A DNA stretch of 64,000 nucleotides from Botryllus schlosseri (lineage: Eukaryota), in NCBI GenBank assembly GCA_051294905.1, contig CM119371.1, positions 32,056,001 to 32,120,000 on the forward strand, read 5' to 3'. Position 1 is the stretch's first letter, and each line of letters opens with the position of its first letter. A program made the position numbers and the translations under genes. Shown here in pieces: positions 11,801-27,100 of this stretch. Below the pieces are notes generated by a model that worked only from the letters and a program-made list of their open reading frames with translations, ran no database searches and was not told the origin of the DNA.

Positions 11801-14800
11801 GTATTTAACAGGATTTTACAGAACCCTGATTCAATTCCAAACAAAAGCCAGTTGCAAACAGTAATTTAACTTATATTATACAGCACATAGCGCACAGATT
11901 TTCAAGTCATGTACCTAAAAAACGCAGGAAAACAACACATAAATTTACCTCACAGTCCAGTAAAGAGTGGTATTGAAAATGGCCAGGCTTTTGGGTTGAA
12001 TTTGCGAGCTCGACAGCACGGACCTGCGATTCATGCCGTCCAGGTCCACGGAGAATATGCCGCGCCTCAAATTATCGGTCCAATAAATGCGGTCGGTCTG
12101 AGAATAGCGAATACAATATGTCGGCCTATATAGTGATTAGGTAGCTAAAATTTTCAAAAATATATAGCCATTGCTAGACATAGAATTGCGTCTTGATATT
12201 ATAGCATTATCGCTATTTATTAGTAGCCTACAGTCCACACTTCAAGTTCGGCACTCAAATAATTAATTAATATTTCATAAAAACTGTAAAATATCGGAAG
12301 TATACAAAACATCAAAAATTCACTAGTAATGATACGAAAAATTGAAAAAAAATTCAAAAAATCGGGAAAAAAACGAAAAAACTTTTTTTTTTAAATGTGT
12401 AGTAATGAGACCATAGGTGTTTGAAAGAAAAAATTCAGAAACTATTATTTATTTGAGAAATTGAGAAAATAAATAAAAAAACATGAGTATAAAGTATTTA
12501 TAAGGAAAAATCAAATTATCGAAAGCATACCCAAAATCCAAAAACTTTGAAAAATCGCAAGCGTACAAAAAATGAAAAATAGAAAAAAAATATGCAAAAA
12601 CACAAGTCGCTATTCAAAGCATAAAGATGGTTTAGTACAAGAGCTACTCATAGATACCTTACCTTATAATCGATCGTAAATCCGCTCATGGATGAAATAT
12701 GCGTCGACACGATATGGTCGATGTTTTTACCGTCCAGCGAAAATCGAACGATGGAAGGATTTTCGGAAAAATCTAAATTAGATTAGAATAATAGCTACTC
12801 AGTTATTCCGAAATTAGATTAGAATTAGAATGATAGCTACACAGTTTTTTCAAAACTATATTAAAATTAGAATTATAGTCACACATGTATTTCCAAATTA
12901 GATCAAAATTAAAATTATAGCTACACAGTTTTTTTTCCAAATTAGATTAAAATTAGAATCATAGCTACAGTTACTTCCAAATTGGACTAAAATTTAGAAT
13001 TATAACTACACAGTTGTTTCCAAATTAGAACAAAATTAGAATTATAGCGACACAGTTATTTCTAAATTAGACTAAATTTAGAATTACAACTTCAGTTATT
13101 TCAAAATTAGACTAAAATTTGAATTATAGCTAGACAGTTATTTCCAAATTAGATTAAAATTTGAATTATAGCTACACGGTTATTTCCAAATTATATTAAA
13201 ATTATAGCTACACAGTTATTCCCAAATTATATTGAAAGTAGAATTATGGCTACACGGTTATTTCTAAATTAGATTAGAATTCGAATCATAGCTACACAGT
13301 TATTTCAAAATCTAATTAAAATTACAATTATACCTACACAGTTATTTCCAAATTCGATTTTTGCCGCCCAGCAAAAAAATTAACCTTATTCGATACATTC
13401 GCTGAGAAACGTGCTCCACGAGCATCGATTCTTGCTAACATTACATCATTCAACAGTGCTTCCCATGACACTTGGTCAATGTGCTGTAGTTAGGACACGC
13501 ACAGATAGGTGTTCCCCACGACAATCAATTACATATCCAGCAGTGTTTTCCATGACACCTGATTAATATGCTGTAGTTCACACTAAAAATAAGCCAGTAA
13601 ATCTATCTTTGAATCCAAGATTAAGCTAAGGAATTTATCGTCTAACACAAAATCATACCAATTAATCAGTCTTTGAATCCAAATCAAACCAAGAATTCAG
13701 TCTTTACACACAAAATTACACCAATAAATCTCTCTTTAGACAAGAAACTGTCTTTTAACCCAAATTAGACCAAGGAAACATTGTCAGATCCTAAATTAAG
13801 CTGAGAAATTCACCTGTAACGAATATATATCCCTTGGCGGGATGTACCACAATTCCGGTGGGCTTCATTGTGTTGCTTTTGTGAACAATGTACCTAAAGC
13901 CGCCATCAACACGCATCATCTGGAAATAAAAAATCATTACACACAAACATTAATAACAATACCAATCAGGGTTGCAACCAAGTCGCAAGGTTACGAGTCA
14001 CGAGTCAATTTCAAGCTATAATAGTTTTGACTCGAGACATTTTTAATTCCGATTCAAGTCAAGTAATTTGCTATTTTTATGAACATGGCTCGATTCATTG
14101 CAGCCCAGATATGAATACACTTTTAGCCGAATTGTTCGTCGATATAACACAAAGATTACACGCCAAATGGCAGCAAAAATCTTGCTAACTGTGAATTTGA
14201 ACGTATCTGCGACTTATTGTAAATGTACATTGAGTATAACATTCCGTCTTCTATCACATGAATGGTCTACTACAGGTGCAACCAAATTCTTGAAGAAATA
14301 TTTTATGGTCAATCCCAAGTCATACCAACACAAAAACAGACAGTTAGAATTTCACCATAGACAGGACATAAATTCCACGCATAATAAATGGCAATTTTTC
14401 AATTACGCCGTTTTGAGACGAAAAACGTTACCTCGATAGTCTTTGTGCAGGGATTGGTCCAGTAAATGTTCCCGGCCATCCAATCGAAAGCCACAGACGC
14501 AAAACAGCTCTTCCGCTGTTGGCTAAACCAAATTTCAATTTTGATTCGCTATATGCCAGAAGGCTCCTAACTGTAAACGGCGCCTCATAAAGCATACAAG
14601 CCCTGGATTACTTTGTATTTGTATTTGTATTCAGCTGGGTTAGGACTAGGTGTGAGAATAAGGTTAGCTTGGGTTATTTCGCATGGCTTGTTATCATGGC
14701 AATGTGCAATACGCAATTGTTTATTGAAGTCCTGTACCTCCAAGGAGCTCCTAACTGCAATATATATACGATAGAGCAGAATAATATAGGCCTACTACAA

Positions 14801-15191
14801 TACATATGAGTATATAGACTATACGATAATAATTATTACCTGCCAGATAAGGTATGCCCCGATCTGCTCCTGCCCTTCAAGTTATAGAGCACTCTCTGCG
14901 AGGACATGTCTCGCTTGGCTGTGTAAATCACGTTTTTCGACTGTTCCACCCAGAAAATCGCGTCTCCATCTGCCGACACGTTGTAATTGTTGAAGAAAAA
15001 ACATTAAAATTTGAAAAAATAAATTGAAAATATGTAAATACGTATATATATCTATATATTACCTGCGTCAAAATCGACAGAGGTGACGTCGTTACGGTCG
15101 TTCACTGGTATCATGGCTAATGTCCTCAGGTCGTCCAGATTATATCCATATATATTAGTGGGCGTGTACAGCAGGAGAAAGTCTTTCGTGC
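8813..15191 (-). CDS. LRP1: LRP1 exons for YWTD propeller 5, EGF9 and the first half of propeller 6
   Basis: [86 protein letters not shown]. The last exon has an intact GTGAG donor at 8812, so the gene continues beyond position 1. Confidence 0.88.
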
Positions 15192-18100
15192 CTGGAAGAC
15201 ACAAATAGGAATTTCTTGACGCAATTTTCCTTCCAAAAGACAGATTCCTTGGCTTCATTTTGGTTTTAAAGACAATTTCTCGGCTTAAAATTGCATTCTG
15301 ACGGATTCCATAACTTAATCTTGGATCCAAAGACAGATTTTATTAATAACTTTGGGTTGTAAGACAGTTTCTAAGCTTAAGGTTGCATTCCGACAGATTC
15401 CTTGGCTTAATCTTGTATTCAGAGACAGATTTTATTAATAATTTCGGCTTGTAAGACACTTTCTTGGCCTAATCTTATATCCAGAGACATATTTTAGTAA
15501 TAATTTACGGTTGTAAGACAGATTTTTGGTTACAATTGCATTCAGACAGATTCCTTGGTCTAATCTTGGATCCTAAGACAGATTTTGTAATAATTTGGGG
15601 ATGAAAGACAGTTTCTAGGCTTAAAATTGCATTCAGATAGATTTTTTGGTTCAATCTTGGATCCAATAACAGATTTTGACAATAATTTTGAATTTATAGA
15701 CAATTTGTCGACTTGAAATTGGATACAGGGAGATTCCTCGGCTTAATCTTAGATCCAAAGACAGATTGTACCAATAATTTTGGGTTGCAAGACAACTTCT
15801 GGGCTTAAAATTGGACTATAACTGGTTTCTTGGCTTAATATTAGATCCAAAGACACATTTTAAGTCAGTTTCTTGGCCTAAAATTTGAGATAGCTTGAAT
15901 TAATCTTGGATCCGAAGACAGAGTTTATTGATAATTTTGGGTTTTAAGGCGTTTTCTAGGCTTCAAATTGCATTCAGATAGATTCCTTGGCATAATCTTG
16001 CATCCGAAAACAGACTTTAATTATAATTTTGGGTTGAAACAGTTTCTTTGACTAAAAATTGCATTCATACATATTCTTTGGCATCATCTTCGATTCACAC
16101 AGATATTGATAATAATTTTGGCTTTTAAGACAATATCTTGGCCTAAAATTGCAGACAGCTTCCTCGGCTTAATCTTGGATCCAAAGGTAGATATTATCAA
16201 TATTTTGGGTTGTAAGACATTTTCTTGGTTAAAATTCGATACACACACATTCCTTGGCTTAATCTTGTATACAAAGATCGATTTTAATAATAATTCTGGG
16301 TTGTACGATAGTTTCTTAGCTTAAAATTAGATGCAGACTGATCATTTGGCTTAATATTGGATCTAAAGACAGATTTTTAGCAATAATTTTGGGTTGTAAA
16401 GCAGTTTCTAGACTTAAAATAGCATTCTGACACATAACATAACACAACAAAGATCGAACTTAGCACGACCTGAATTTTTAGGTCAAAACTCACCATCGCA
16501 TTCTTTACCGTTAGCTTGGTAGCCGGTCGTGCATTTGCATGTGATATCGTCGCGAGACGGCAGACAGAGATGGGCGCAGCCCCCATTATCCACAGAGCAT
16601 CTGGGTTAAAATCAACAGGTATATTACCTCGCAATAACAGGATACCTTAGTATACTATATGCATTCCGCCATATCTTGTCACAAAACTACTATTAGCAAT
16701 TACATTGAAAGCCACTTACAAAGTCTCACGGACTGGTTCATTTCCATTGTAAAACACAAGATCCGTTACTGACACAGGTAGACTAGTCTGTCTTTGAAAC
16801 TTGACTGGGTTTGAGGTAGACGTCGTATATATAACGTACGGTATATCCTTCTCTGCATCTGTGAAAATATCGACTTGGCTCGAGTCATTTTCTCAAAATA
16901 CGGAAATGACTCGACTTGTGTATTGACTCCACTTGGGCTGAGTCATTGCGCATGACTCGAACCAAGTCATATGACTCGAGACTCAGAGGGCCAAGACCGA
17001 CATTTCGAAGAATAGTAAAGTGACCAAACTATCGCGATTTCGTCTATTGGTACTGGTACTTGAAAATGCGACCAAAAACTGTCAAAAGTGAGGAAAATTA
17101 GTATATTATTAATGCGAACCATTCGATATCGCCAAATAGAGTTCTAAAAATTGGGTCTAACAAGACTTGAACTGGAAACTGAGCAGTCAACGCAATGACT
17201 CGGTGGTGAATGGAAAATGACTCGATTTGACTCGAGTCAAAACTGTAACAGTGAGATTGACTTGTGACTCGGAGCTTTGCAACTTGGTTACAAGCCTGAA
17301 TGTAGATAATTATTTCCCAGGAACAATTACCGAACATCCTTATAAAGCAATACCAGTGAAGCTATATATAATTACTCTCTCTCTCTCTCTCTCTCTAGTA
17401 CTGAAATAATTGCGATCAGCCCCAGTTATGAGCACAAGCTCAGCATATAAGAATAATTTATTACCTCCAGCAGCGACATATATGGTACCATTCTCGACCT
17501 CCAAGGCCGTTATCTTGCCCATGCCGGCGGGCAGGCTGATTTTGGCCGGTTTCCACAGCAAAAAGCTGGCCTCCGGGTCGTTTGTCAAGTTCTTCAAAGT
17601 CCCGTCCTAGGATTTAGATTGCACGTCGAAAATATGGTACGTTTAAATGCCATTAAAAGGTAGTTAAAAGAACAGAGTCCAGTGTACTGCTTCATCCATG
17701 TCCGGAAATGTGCCCTACGACCATTAATCAGCAGTGTTCCCCATGAAAACGTCAAAATTGATGGTGTTTCACATGATTGTCAACTTCATGTTCCATGGAA
17801 TTCGATATAATTTTACTGTCTACCTCCTGGAATTGTTAGGATGCCTAGAATAACAATGTATACACAATTTGGCGCAATTCCAACCAGCGGAGGCGACATC
17901 ATTGCAGTAAATAATTTTGGATTTGAAAAAATAGTATTCATGGTTGGGTAGGTCTACGTAATATGAACAATGAATTTGCATCCGAAAATGCCATACTTTT
18001 TAATCCAAAATTTTCTACCGCAATCACTTCGCTTCCATGGGGAACACAGTTGATGATAACATGAAATCAATAAGTTTTTTACAATGTCATACGGAACATT

Positions 18101-21100
18101 GATCAACAACTGCAATTGGGAGCATTCCCCATTGTGGATGAAAAAGTACATTAAAAGGACATTCGAAAGAACGTTCAGGGAGCATTTTATGAATAATTTG
18201 GGTTGTCTAAGACAACTTCTTGGCTTAAAATTTGACTATAACAGGTTCCTTGGCTTAATAATAGATCCAAAGACACATTTCAAACAATACTTGTAGGTTG
18301 TAAGTCAGTTTCTTGGCCTAAAATTGCATTCAAAGAGATTCCTTGGCTTAATCTTAGATCCAATAACAGATTTTCATACTTATTTTGGTTTGTAAGACAG
18401 TTTCCAGGCTTAAAATTGCATTAAAACAGATTGCTTGGATTAATCTTGGAGCAGAAGACAGAGTTTATAGATAATTTTGGGTTTCAACGCATTTTCTAGG
18501 ACTAAAATTGCATTGCGATAGATTCCTCGGCCTAATCTTGCATCCAAAAACAGACTTAAATTATAATTTTGGGTTGAGAGAGTTTCTTTGACTAAAATTG
18601 CTTTCATACATATTCTTTGGCTTCATTTTGGATTCAAACACAGATTTTGATAATAATTTTGGGTTTCAAGACAATACCGTTTAAAGAACATTGAAAAAAC
18701 CCTGAAACAATATTCTAATACAACGTTCAAAAAGATTTACCTAAAAAGAACCTTCTTGGAACATTGAAAGAACAGAGAAGGTACATACTTTTACAAAATA
18801 CAGGACGTCAGCATATCTGCCTCCAGTCGTAAAAGAGTCTGCTTTATCGAAACGTAGCGCCGTCACCCCTGTGGTGGCGTAGATCTAAAACACGAACAAT
18901 GCCGTTTACCCCACGCTTTTAGCAGCGCTTCGATTACAGCACCAATGTTACCACACCGCGACTTTGAAGTTAGATATTTTGCAAGCTGCATCAACAATAT
19001 TAGATCGGTAGTTCACGGTACTTTAAAGACATACTCGTTTGTATATTAGGAGCTTTTCGTCCTGTGCCGAAATATACAGTAATAGGGTTGTATTCAGGAA
19101 TTTCTAGAGCTTCTAGAAGGCACAGAACTTCAATATACAATTGCATAGTGTATTGAGATTGAAATAAACCAGGATATTTTGGGCTGACACTCGTCAGCGA
19201 CTAGTAGAGAATTGGGACGAACATTGTACATCAGCAATTGTGTCTCCAAATACTATTTGGTGCCTATATAAATATACTACTAATAAGATATTTATTTCAC
19301 GCAAGTGCAAGGCACAAGTCTGCTTTAGCTACGATATTACAATGTTAATACTGCTGCTATATTGTTATCCACCGATACTTACCTTGTAGACAATAGGGTG
19401 GCTATTCAAAATGACCACAAACACATACCCTGGAAATTATTGCTAACAAAGACTAGATTTATTGTGATGTCTTCCAACAGTTTATGAAAGCGGCAAAAAC
19501 ATTTATTAGTCAGACTAAAATTACCAAGAATGTCCGCAACTAACCAAAGTTTGTCAAAATCCATCGAGGGTGATGTGCGTTGGGTTTGTTCAAAAAAAAT
19601 ATCAATTCCAAATCTTGCTTGCTTGGCGATTAAATTGCAGTTATTGGATTTGCAAAAATAGCACCGACGATGGGTGATCCCAGAATTATCAACGAAAAAC
19701 TTCGCTTCCGCGGGTATTAATCGCGCCAAATTTGTTTTGCACCGTATTTGTAGACAACTCACCGATTTCATGGGGTTGACAGTAAAATTTGAAGAAAAAA
19801 TTCAGTTTTTTACATTAAATTCTAAAATTTTAATTGGCTCCACTGGTTGGAATTCAGCCAAATTTGACTTGCAGCGTATTTTTTAAGCAACCCAACAATT
19901 TAACAACGGAATCACCGAAATCCTGAAAAAATTTTTTAATTTCGAACAACCCAACCCTAGATATTATTTCACATTCCCATTAACGAGCAGACCATTGCTA
20001 CTTGAGTAGAAGAAAATTCATAAATTTCTAATCAATTAATTTTGAATCAAAATTTTTAACAAGGAAAGTGTAGGAATTCTACTTGAAATGTCGTGAGCAC
20101 GGTCACTTCTACTTGTGCTTTTACAAAACTAGTACTTTTGATCGTTTTTACTAAAATTTAGAGGAAAAATAGAGAATTGAGTAGGAATTAACGAATTTTT
20201 ATAAATTTTTGAGCGTATTGCAGCAGAATTTTCAATATTCGAATTTTGGTAGTAAAATCTCCTTTTTTCGGAGTATTTCAAGTAGATTTTAACTATTTGC
20301 ACTACTTTGTCACGAGGTTATGTTTTTTGACATAGTTTCACAGTTTTTTGGGCCAACATCCTGTTTTGTATTTATTTCTTCATTTTTTCAAAATAATTTT
20401 TCGACTCAATTTTTAGTCCGCGCCAAACCGACGATGCTGGTCAGTGTCACACCCATGCCAGTCCAGCCCGCCCTGAAAAGGAAACTCGTTTTTCACTTTC
20501 ACGGGTCCCACTTGTAGCGGGCCGCCGCCGTCTAGCGAGAGCTGGAATATCCCGTTGTCGTCGGCGTAGTACAGGTAGGAATTCTCAAAGTCCGCGGTCA
20601 GGCAGCAGGGCCGGCTCAGCTTGGTCTGTTGGACGGATGTGATGATGCGGTACGTCAGCCTGAACGGGGAAATACCATTGCGTAACCTGCAGTTTTTTTT
20701 ATACAAAACTATGCCTAGATTATATGCCAAGTCACAAGGTTCCGAGTCACCAGTCAATCTCACTTTTATAGTTTGGACCCGAGTCAAGTCGAGTCATTTT
20801 CAAATCACCACCGAGTTCAAGTCCGAGTCATCGAGTTTTGACTCGAGTCAGAGTCAGTGTTCAACTCTGCTCGAGTGATATAGAATGGTTCACATTCATA
20901 ATATCGTAATTTTCCTCAGCTTTAACACTTTCTTGCCGTATTTTCCAAGTATCACGACTGGTAGACGAAATCCCAATAATGTGGTGACTCGACTATTTTT
21001 CGAAGTTACAATGAAATGTCTGTAATGGCCGTCCTAGTCTCTAGTCTTATGACTTCGTTCGAGTCATGCACAATGACTCAAATACAAGTCGAGTCGCTAC

Positions 21101-24100
21101 AAAAATTGACTCGAGTCAATCCAAACCTGCTTTACGCTCACTCAACAATGGCCACTTCAACTCCAACTTCTAGTTTTACTCTAAATTTGCAGTTTTTTAG
21201 CCAAAACTAAACCTTAGATATCAAGAAGTGAAATCAATTCATATTACAGCTGCCAAAACGAGACACTCACTTCCCGTCAAGCCTTGCCACGCTGATATGC
21301 GCGTTTGTGGTGCCGCGCTTCTTGATTTCCGTGTACGACGACCAATATATCGTGTTCGAAGCCGTATCTAGCAGCATACCTTTCGGATTGTCTACGTCTA
21401 AAATGCAAACAAGACGTAACGAACACAAATCCACCTTAAGCATTTGTTTCAATGGATTACACTTCATTATATCATAAAGAATTGAGAAGGCGGACATGAT
21501 ACATAAAATTCATGTGGCGAACAATGTTTTCTACAACCGACTCTCGACTAACTACAGATTTTTTCATTAGTTTTAGTTCTAGTTGCAGATTTTGAAAAAC
21601 GAGTAGTTCTATTTCCAGTTCTAATTGCGAGTTTTAGAATGTGAGTAGTTCTAGACTTCTAGTTCTAATCGCGGATTTTGAAAAATAAGTACTTCTAGTT
21701 CTAGTTCTGGATTTTGAAAAGCGACTAGTGTGTGGTTCTGGACTTCTAGTTCTAGTGGATTTTATAAAGTGAGAAGTTTTAGTTCTAGCTGCAAGTTTTA
21801 AATACTGGGTAGTTCTAGACTCCTGGTTCCAGTTGTAGATTTTAAAAAGTGCGTAGTTCTAGTTTTAGTTGCACATTTTGAATATCCGGTAGTTTGTAAA
21901 AGTCTGTGTCAAATTAACACGAATAAGGTGCGTCTTATACCCAAACGCTGGTTTCACCTTGGCATACACAAACCTGTCGTGATAATGCTCGCAATCCCGC
22001 TGCCGTTAATATACGAAGACCTGATTGCCTTCCTTTCATCGTCAGCCCAGTATATCTTCTCGTATCGGCTGTCGTAGGCCATCACAGTCGGGTTGGACAG
22101 GTACGGAGTGGTCATGGCAATGGTAGCGCTGTAGTTCAAGTTGCTGGCGTTCAGCCCGAGTATCTACAATGAAACGCAGCCCGAATAATCCCACAGGATA
22201 TAATAACCTACCAGTTTGGTTCGTACTCATAAATATGTGGCATTTGTAGGGTTAATAGTACGCTGCTTAGCTGGCTAGTGCAAGTGATTTGAGAAATATG
22301 CTTAGTAAAACTTGATTTGTTCAAAATAAACCAATAAACGAAGAAAACTGGTGGAACTTGAAGTCAAATGTCACAATAAACGCATATAGCAGCAGAAAAA
22401 CGTAGTTTACAAACTGATATTCGTGAAGACAGATTATATAAACGAATGATTAACCAACCCCATCGGCCGAAACGTAGAACAGCATTTTCTTCGATTTCCT
22501 ACAAGAAAATCCATCGTTTTCCAGATAGCTGCCGTACGGACATTTGCAAGAGTAATTGCGTCCGGAGTGAAGGTGGTCCGCGTAGGATATCAAGCAGACC
22601 CCGTCACAGCGATGGTTCTCGCATGGGTTGATTGCATCTGAATAGGAAATCGTGGATTATCCCCCATTTTAATAGAGTGATGGTGGGATAAAGTTGTCTA
22701 GTTAATTGACGGTCAACTAAGTGCTGATATTTTGAGTAGTTCTAGTTCCAGTTTCGAGCTTTGAAATGTGACTAACATTAGGGGTGGAGCCCGATTCTTC
22801 TCCTCAACTAAGGAATGCTTAAATGCGTATCTCCACTCAACTAAGTATCGATCGATACTCAACGTTGAGTGCGCGCCAATTCTCTCAACTCAGTTGAGTA
22901 TCGACTTCCAGGCGTCATTTTCCGAAGTTGTGTTGCCAGATATTTTTAGCCTTGAACCAGACACGCGTGAACGGTTTTGTCATGACAACGAGACGCTTTC
23001 CTCGTTATTTCGTCACAAAACTTACTTACGTACACATCGTTCTCAATGATTTACCTCATCCATACCCTTTGAAGATGGCCCATTAGAAATATTAGAAATC
23101 CTTGAAGATACCCAGAACGTTCCATTGCCACACAGAAGCTCTATCAAATATGCCGGACCTGATGTGTGGAACCATATCCCGCCGGCCATCCGACAGTCGA
23201 CGGGCATGTCCACATTCAAGTCGAAATACAAGCTATTACTACTAAATGAATACAGTCCATCCTCAAGATTACCGGACCACGACTGACCCATCGCTCTCGC
23301 TTTCCATGACATGCCGCCCTATTTCTTGTCGCTTTCTTCTTCTATACTATCTTCTTTACTTTCATTCAGTGTGCATGCCTCCTGTTTACATCGCCTAGGC
23401 CAAGGTGGATGTTAGATTCCATAGACTACTCCTGCAACATCTTCCTGTCTTTTCATTGTGTCGCCTTTTTTGTGGTGTATTGAGCTGATAAAATTGCTAA
23501 TAAACCAATGATGATGATGATGAAGTATATTCGCGAGACGCCACAAACCAATTCGAAATTTATAAAGATATAAAGTTTCACAACAGGCCACAATAACGTA
23601 AGTACAGGCCTCTAAGAACAAAAGAATACGTCGATATCGTGTAAATACATTGAAAATTGACATTTCTTCAGGATTCCTTTCCAATCGTAGCTCGTCCATG
23701 CACGAATCACTTAGCTCCTCTACCATTATACTCTGCCATATCCACCCTACATTTCCTCCCTGATATACTCAGCATTTCTTGTTTCCAAAAGCTTATTGCT
23801 GGTCTGTTGACAGGGAGTCTCGTATGAATATTGAAAGGCCTGAAGGTATAGTGACTCCATCCTGACACGGATATCACAAAGAACTCTATCAGTTCAGGTT
23901 CAAAATGCTGAATCTTCTTAATTGTGAGAGGAGCATTCGTGAAGTACCGGCAGCGTTAAATTCAATTGCTAGCAGCAGGCCTAAACTTGTCGGTTTTGCT
24001 TGACGATGATCCTTTGTCACCATTTCTGTTTCTATAAATTTCAAATGGCAGTTGACATGACTTACGGTATGTATAAAAAAAATTTATGGAACACAAAATA

Positions 24101-27100
24101 CCCAAGCGTCAGCCCACTCATTTACTCAATGGAACTTATAACTTAGAACAAATTCATACAGCAGAAGTTACCATTCTGATAAATCGAGATAACGTACAAG
24201 AAGCCGAAATGGTACAGCAGGCGCCACTGATTTCATCCGTTCAGCAGAAAGCAATAGAGTATTTCATTATCAAATACTATACCGTACCGGTGTCCGGTAC
24301 TCCGGTATTTGGCGAACCCCGCAGCGACTGTTGCCTAAAATGCCTGCAGTTGGCTGCTCGACCGCAAAAATTGACACTTAAGTCTGGTGGTCCGCTGACT
24401 TAGATTTGAGTGCCGATTCGAACGCGTTTGAGTGTGAGTATACTTTTTGGCGTGATTTGAGTAAAAAATTTGCTGCTAAGTAGAGAATCGCTACTCAGCG
24501 GAGAAATTGGTCTCCGCCCTAGGTCTAGTTCTAGTTCTAGTTCAAGATTTAAAAAAATGAGTATTGCTAGTTCTAGTTTCGAATTTTAAAAAGTAAGTAG
24601 TTCTAGTGGCGAATTTTGAAATGTGAGTAGTTCTAGTTCTATTTCCAGTTGCAAATTTTGCAAGGTGAGTAGTTGTAGTTCTGGTTCTAGTTGCAAATTT
24701 CAATAAATGAATAATTCTAGTTTAAGTTTTACTGGCGAATTTTGGAATATGAGTAGTTCTAGTGCTAGTTCTAGTTGCGAATTTTGAATAGTGAGTAGTT
24801 CTAGTGCTAGTTCTAGTAGCGAATTTTGGAATACGAGTAGTTCTAGTTATAGTTCTAGATGCGAATTTTGGAATATGAGTAGTTGTAGTTCTAGTTCTAG
24901 TTGCAAATTTTAATAAATGAATAATTCTAGTTCAAGTTTTACTGGCGAATTTTGGAATATGAGTAGTTCTAGTGCTAGTTCTAGTTGCGAATTTCGAATA
25001 GTGAGTAGTTGTAGTTCTAGTTCAGTTGCAAATTTTAATCAATGAATAATTCTAGTTCAAGTTCTAGTTGCAAATTTTAATAAATGAATAATTCTAGTTC
25101 AAGTTTTACTGGTGAATTTTGGAATATGAGTAGTTATAGTTATAGTTCTAGTTGCGAATTTTGGAATATGAGTGGTTCTAGTGGTAGTTCTAGTTGCGAA
25201 TTTTGAAAATTGAGTAGTTGTAGTTCTAGTTCTAGCCGCGCATTCTAAGAAGCCAGCAGAGTGTACGTACATTGCATACGACAAGTCTGGTTTATGGCCA
25301 TGGAAATTCGGATTTGTGAATTCGGGAATGTAATTGGACCATTCCGAATAGATTCCAGTGGAAAAGAATATAAAATACGCTCGTTTCTTATTGAAATCCG
25401 AACCCAAATCCACCACCGCTGGCACTGTACCTAAAACCAGTCGCAAAATCCCTTACCAGGTTGCCTGCTCTCATGATAAACCTTGATATCGAACGGCTGT
25501 ACCACTGACAACTCGACCACGGTCACGTTCTTCCCGGTCCACTTGTTGGCGGACACGATCATGGTGGTCCGCCAGTCGGTCCAGAACAGGTGGTGGCCGT
25601 ACAGGGCTATCGAGAAGGGGTGAGACAGCCACTGGTGCTGTTTGATGACCGTGTGCACGTCCGTGCCGTCGAATTCCATGGAACGTATCACGTCAGACCT
25701 GGAAATAAAACGTTATTACAGATCTAATGTGAGTAAATATGCCGTGATGGCAGACTTCGACAACTATAATAAATTTGGCTTTTCTAAATTAGATTAGAAT
25801 TACCATTACTGCTAAACAGCTTTTTCAAAATTACAGTAGAATTAAAATTGTAGCCACAGTATTTTTTTAATTAGATTAGAATTACAATAGTTGATACACA
25901 ATTGTTTTCCAAATTAGATTAAAATTACAATATTAGCTACACAGGGTTTTCCAAGATAGATTAGAATTAGAAATAGAGCTACAGTTTTTTTTCAAATTAG
26001 ACAAGAATTAGAATAAAATCTACATAAGTTATTTTCAAGATTACACTAGAATTAGAATTACAGCTACAGTTTTTTTTAAATTAGATAAGAATTACAATTA
26101 TAGATACACAATTGTTTTCCAATTAGATTAAAATTACAATTATAGCTACATAGGGTTTTCCAAGTTAGACTAGAAGTAAAAATGGAGCTGCACAGCGCTT
26201 CCCTAATTAGACTAAAATTAAAATTAAAACTACACAGATTTTCTCAAATTTGATCAGAATTGGAATTAGAGCTACACAGAAGTTTTTCAAATTCGATTGG
26301 AATTAGAAGTAGAATTACGGAGCCACAGTTTTTTTACAAATTAGACTAGAATTGGAGTTTTTCGAGAGTAGGTTAGAATTAGAAATAGAATTATAGTTAG
26401 CTTTTTTCAAATTAGATTGGAATTAGCATTAGACCTACACAGTTTTTTTTTTGAATTAGACTTTTTGTAACTGAAAAAAAGAAAAAATCAAGTCATTTAC
26501 TTTGCGTCAGCCCAGAAGACCCGGTCCGACAAGAAGTCCACGGCTATGCCGTTGGGCCACCCGTCCGCTGTCTCGTTCATGGTCCACAGTACCGTGCGCT
26601 CCTCCCCCGCCATGGTGCTGGATTCAATTCGGGCCGCGCCAGTCTCCCAGTCCGACCAGTACATGCGGCTGAAATTGAAAGGGGGTCAGTGAAAAAATAC
26701 TTGTACTTCACAGACAGTTCTACTACTTGTACTGCTCAGGGGGCTACTTCCAGTAATGAAGTACTTTTACTTGCACAGAGTACTCGAGTAGATTTTGCAT
26801 ACTTTCAAGTACACAAGTACATTTTTAAAGGCTGTCAAGTAGATTTTGCCTGCTTGTAATAACAACCCGAGGCTACTTGTACTTTTTAAAAGTACTTAAG
26901 TAGATTTTCAGGGCTACTTGTACTCTTTAACGGTGCTCAAGTAGATTTTTCAGGCTACTTGTACATGCCAAGACTACTCGAGTAGATCCTTACGGGTGTT
27001 CAAGTAGATTTTGTCCGCTTGTAATAATGGCTGGCGGTCACTTGTACTTTTTAAGAGTACTCAAAGTAGATTTTTAAGGCTACTTGTACATTCTAAGACT

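Noticed and set aside
14738..14750. 13-nt micro-exon to fix the LRP1 frame
   Set aside because: It is not needed: the TTTAG acceptor giving exon start 14522 restores phase 2 directly.
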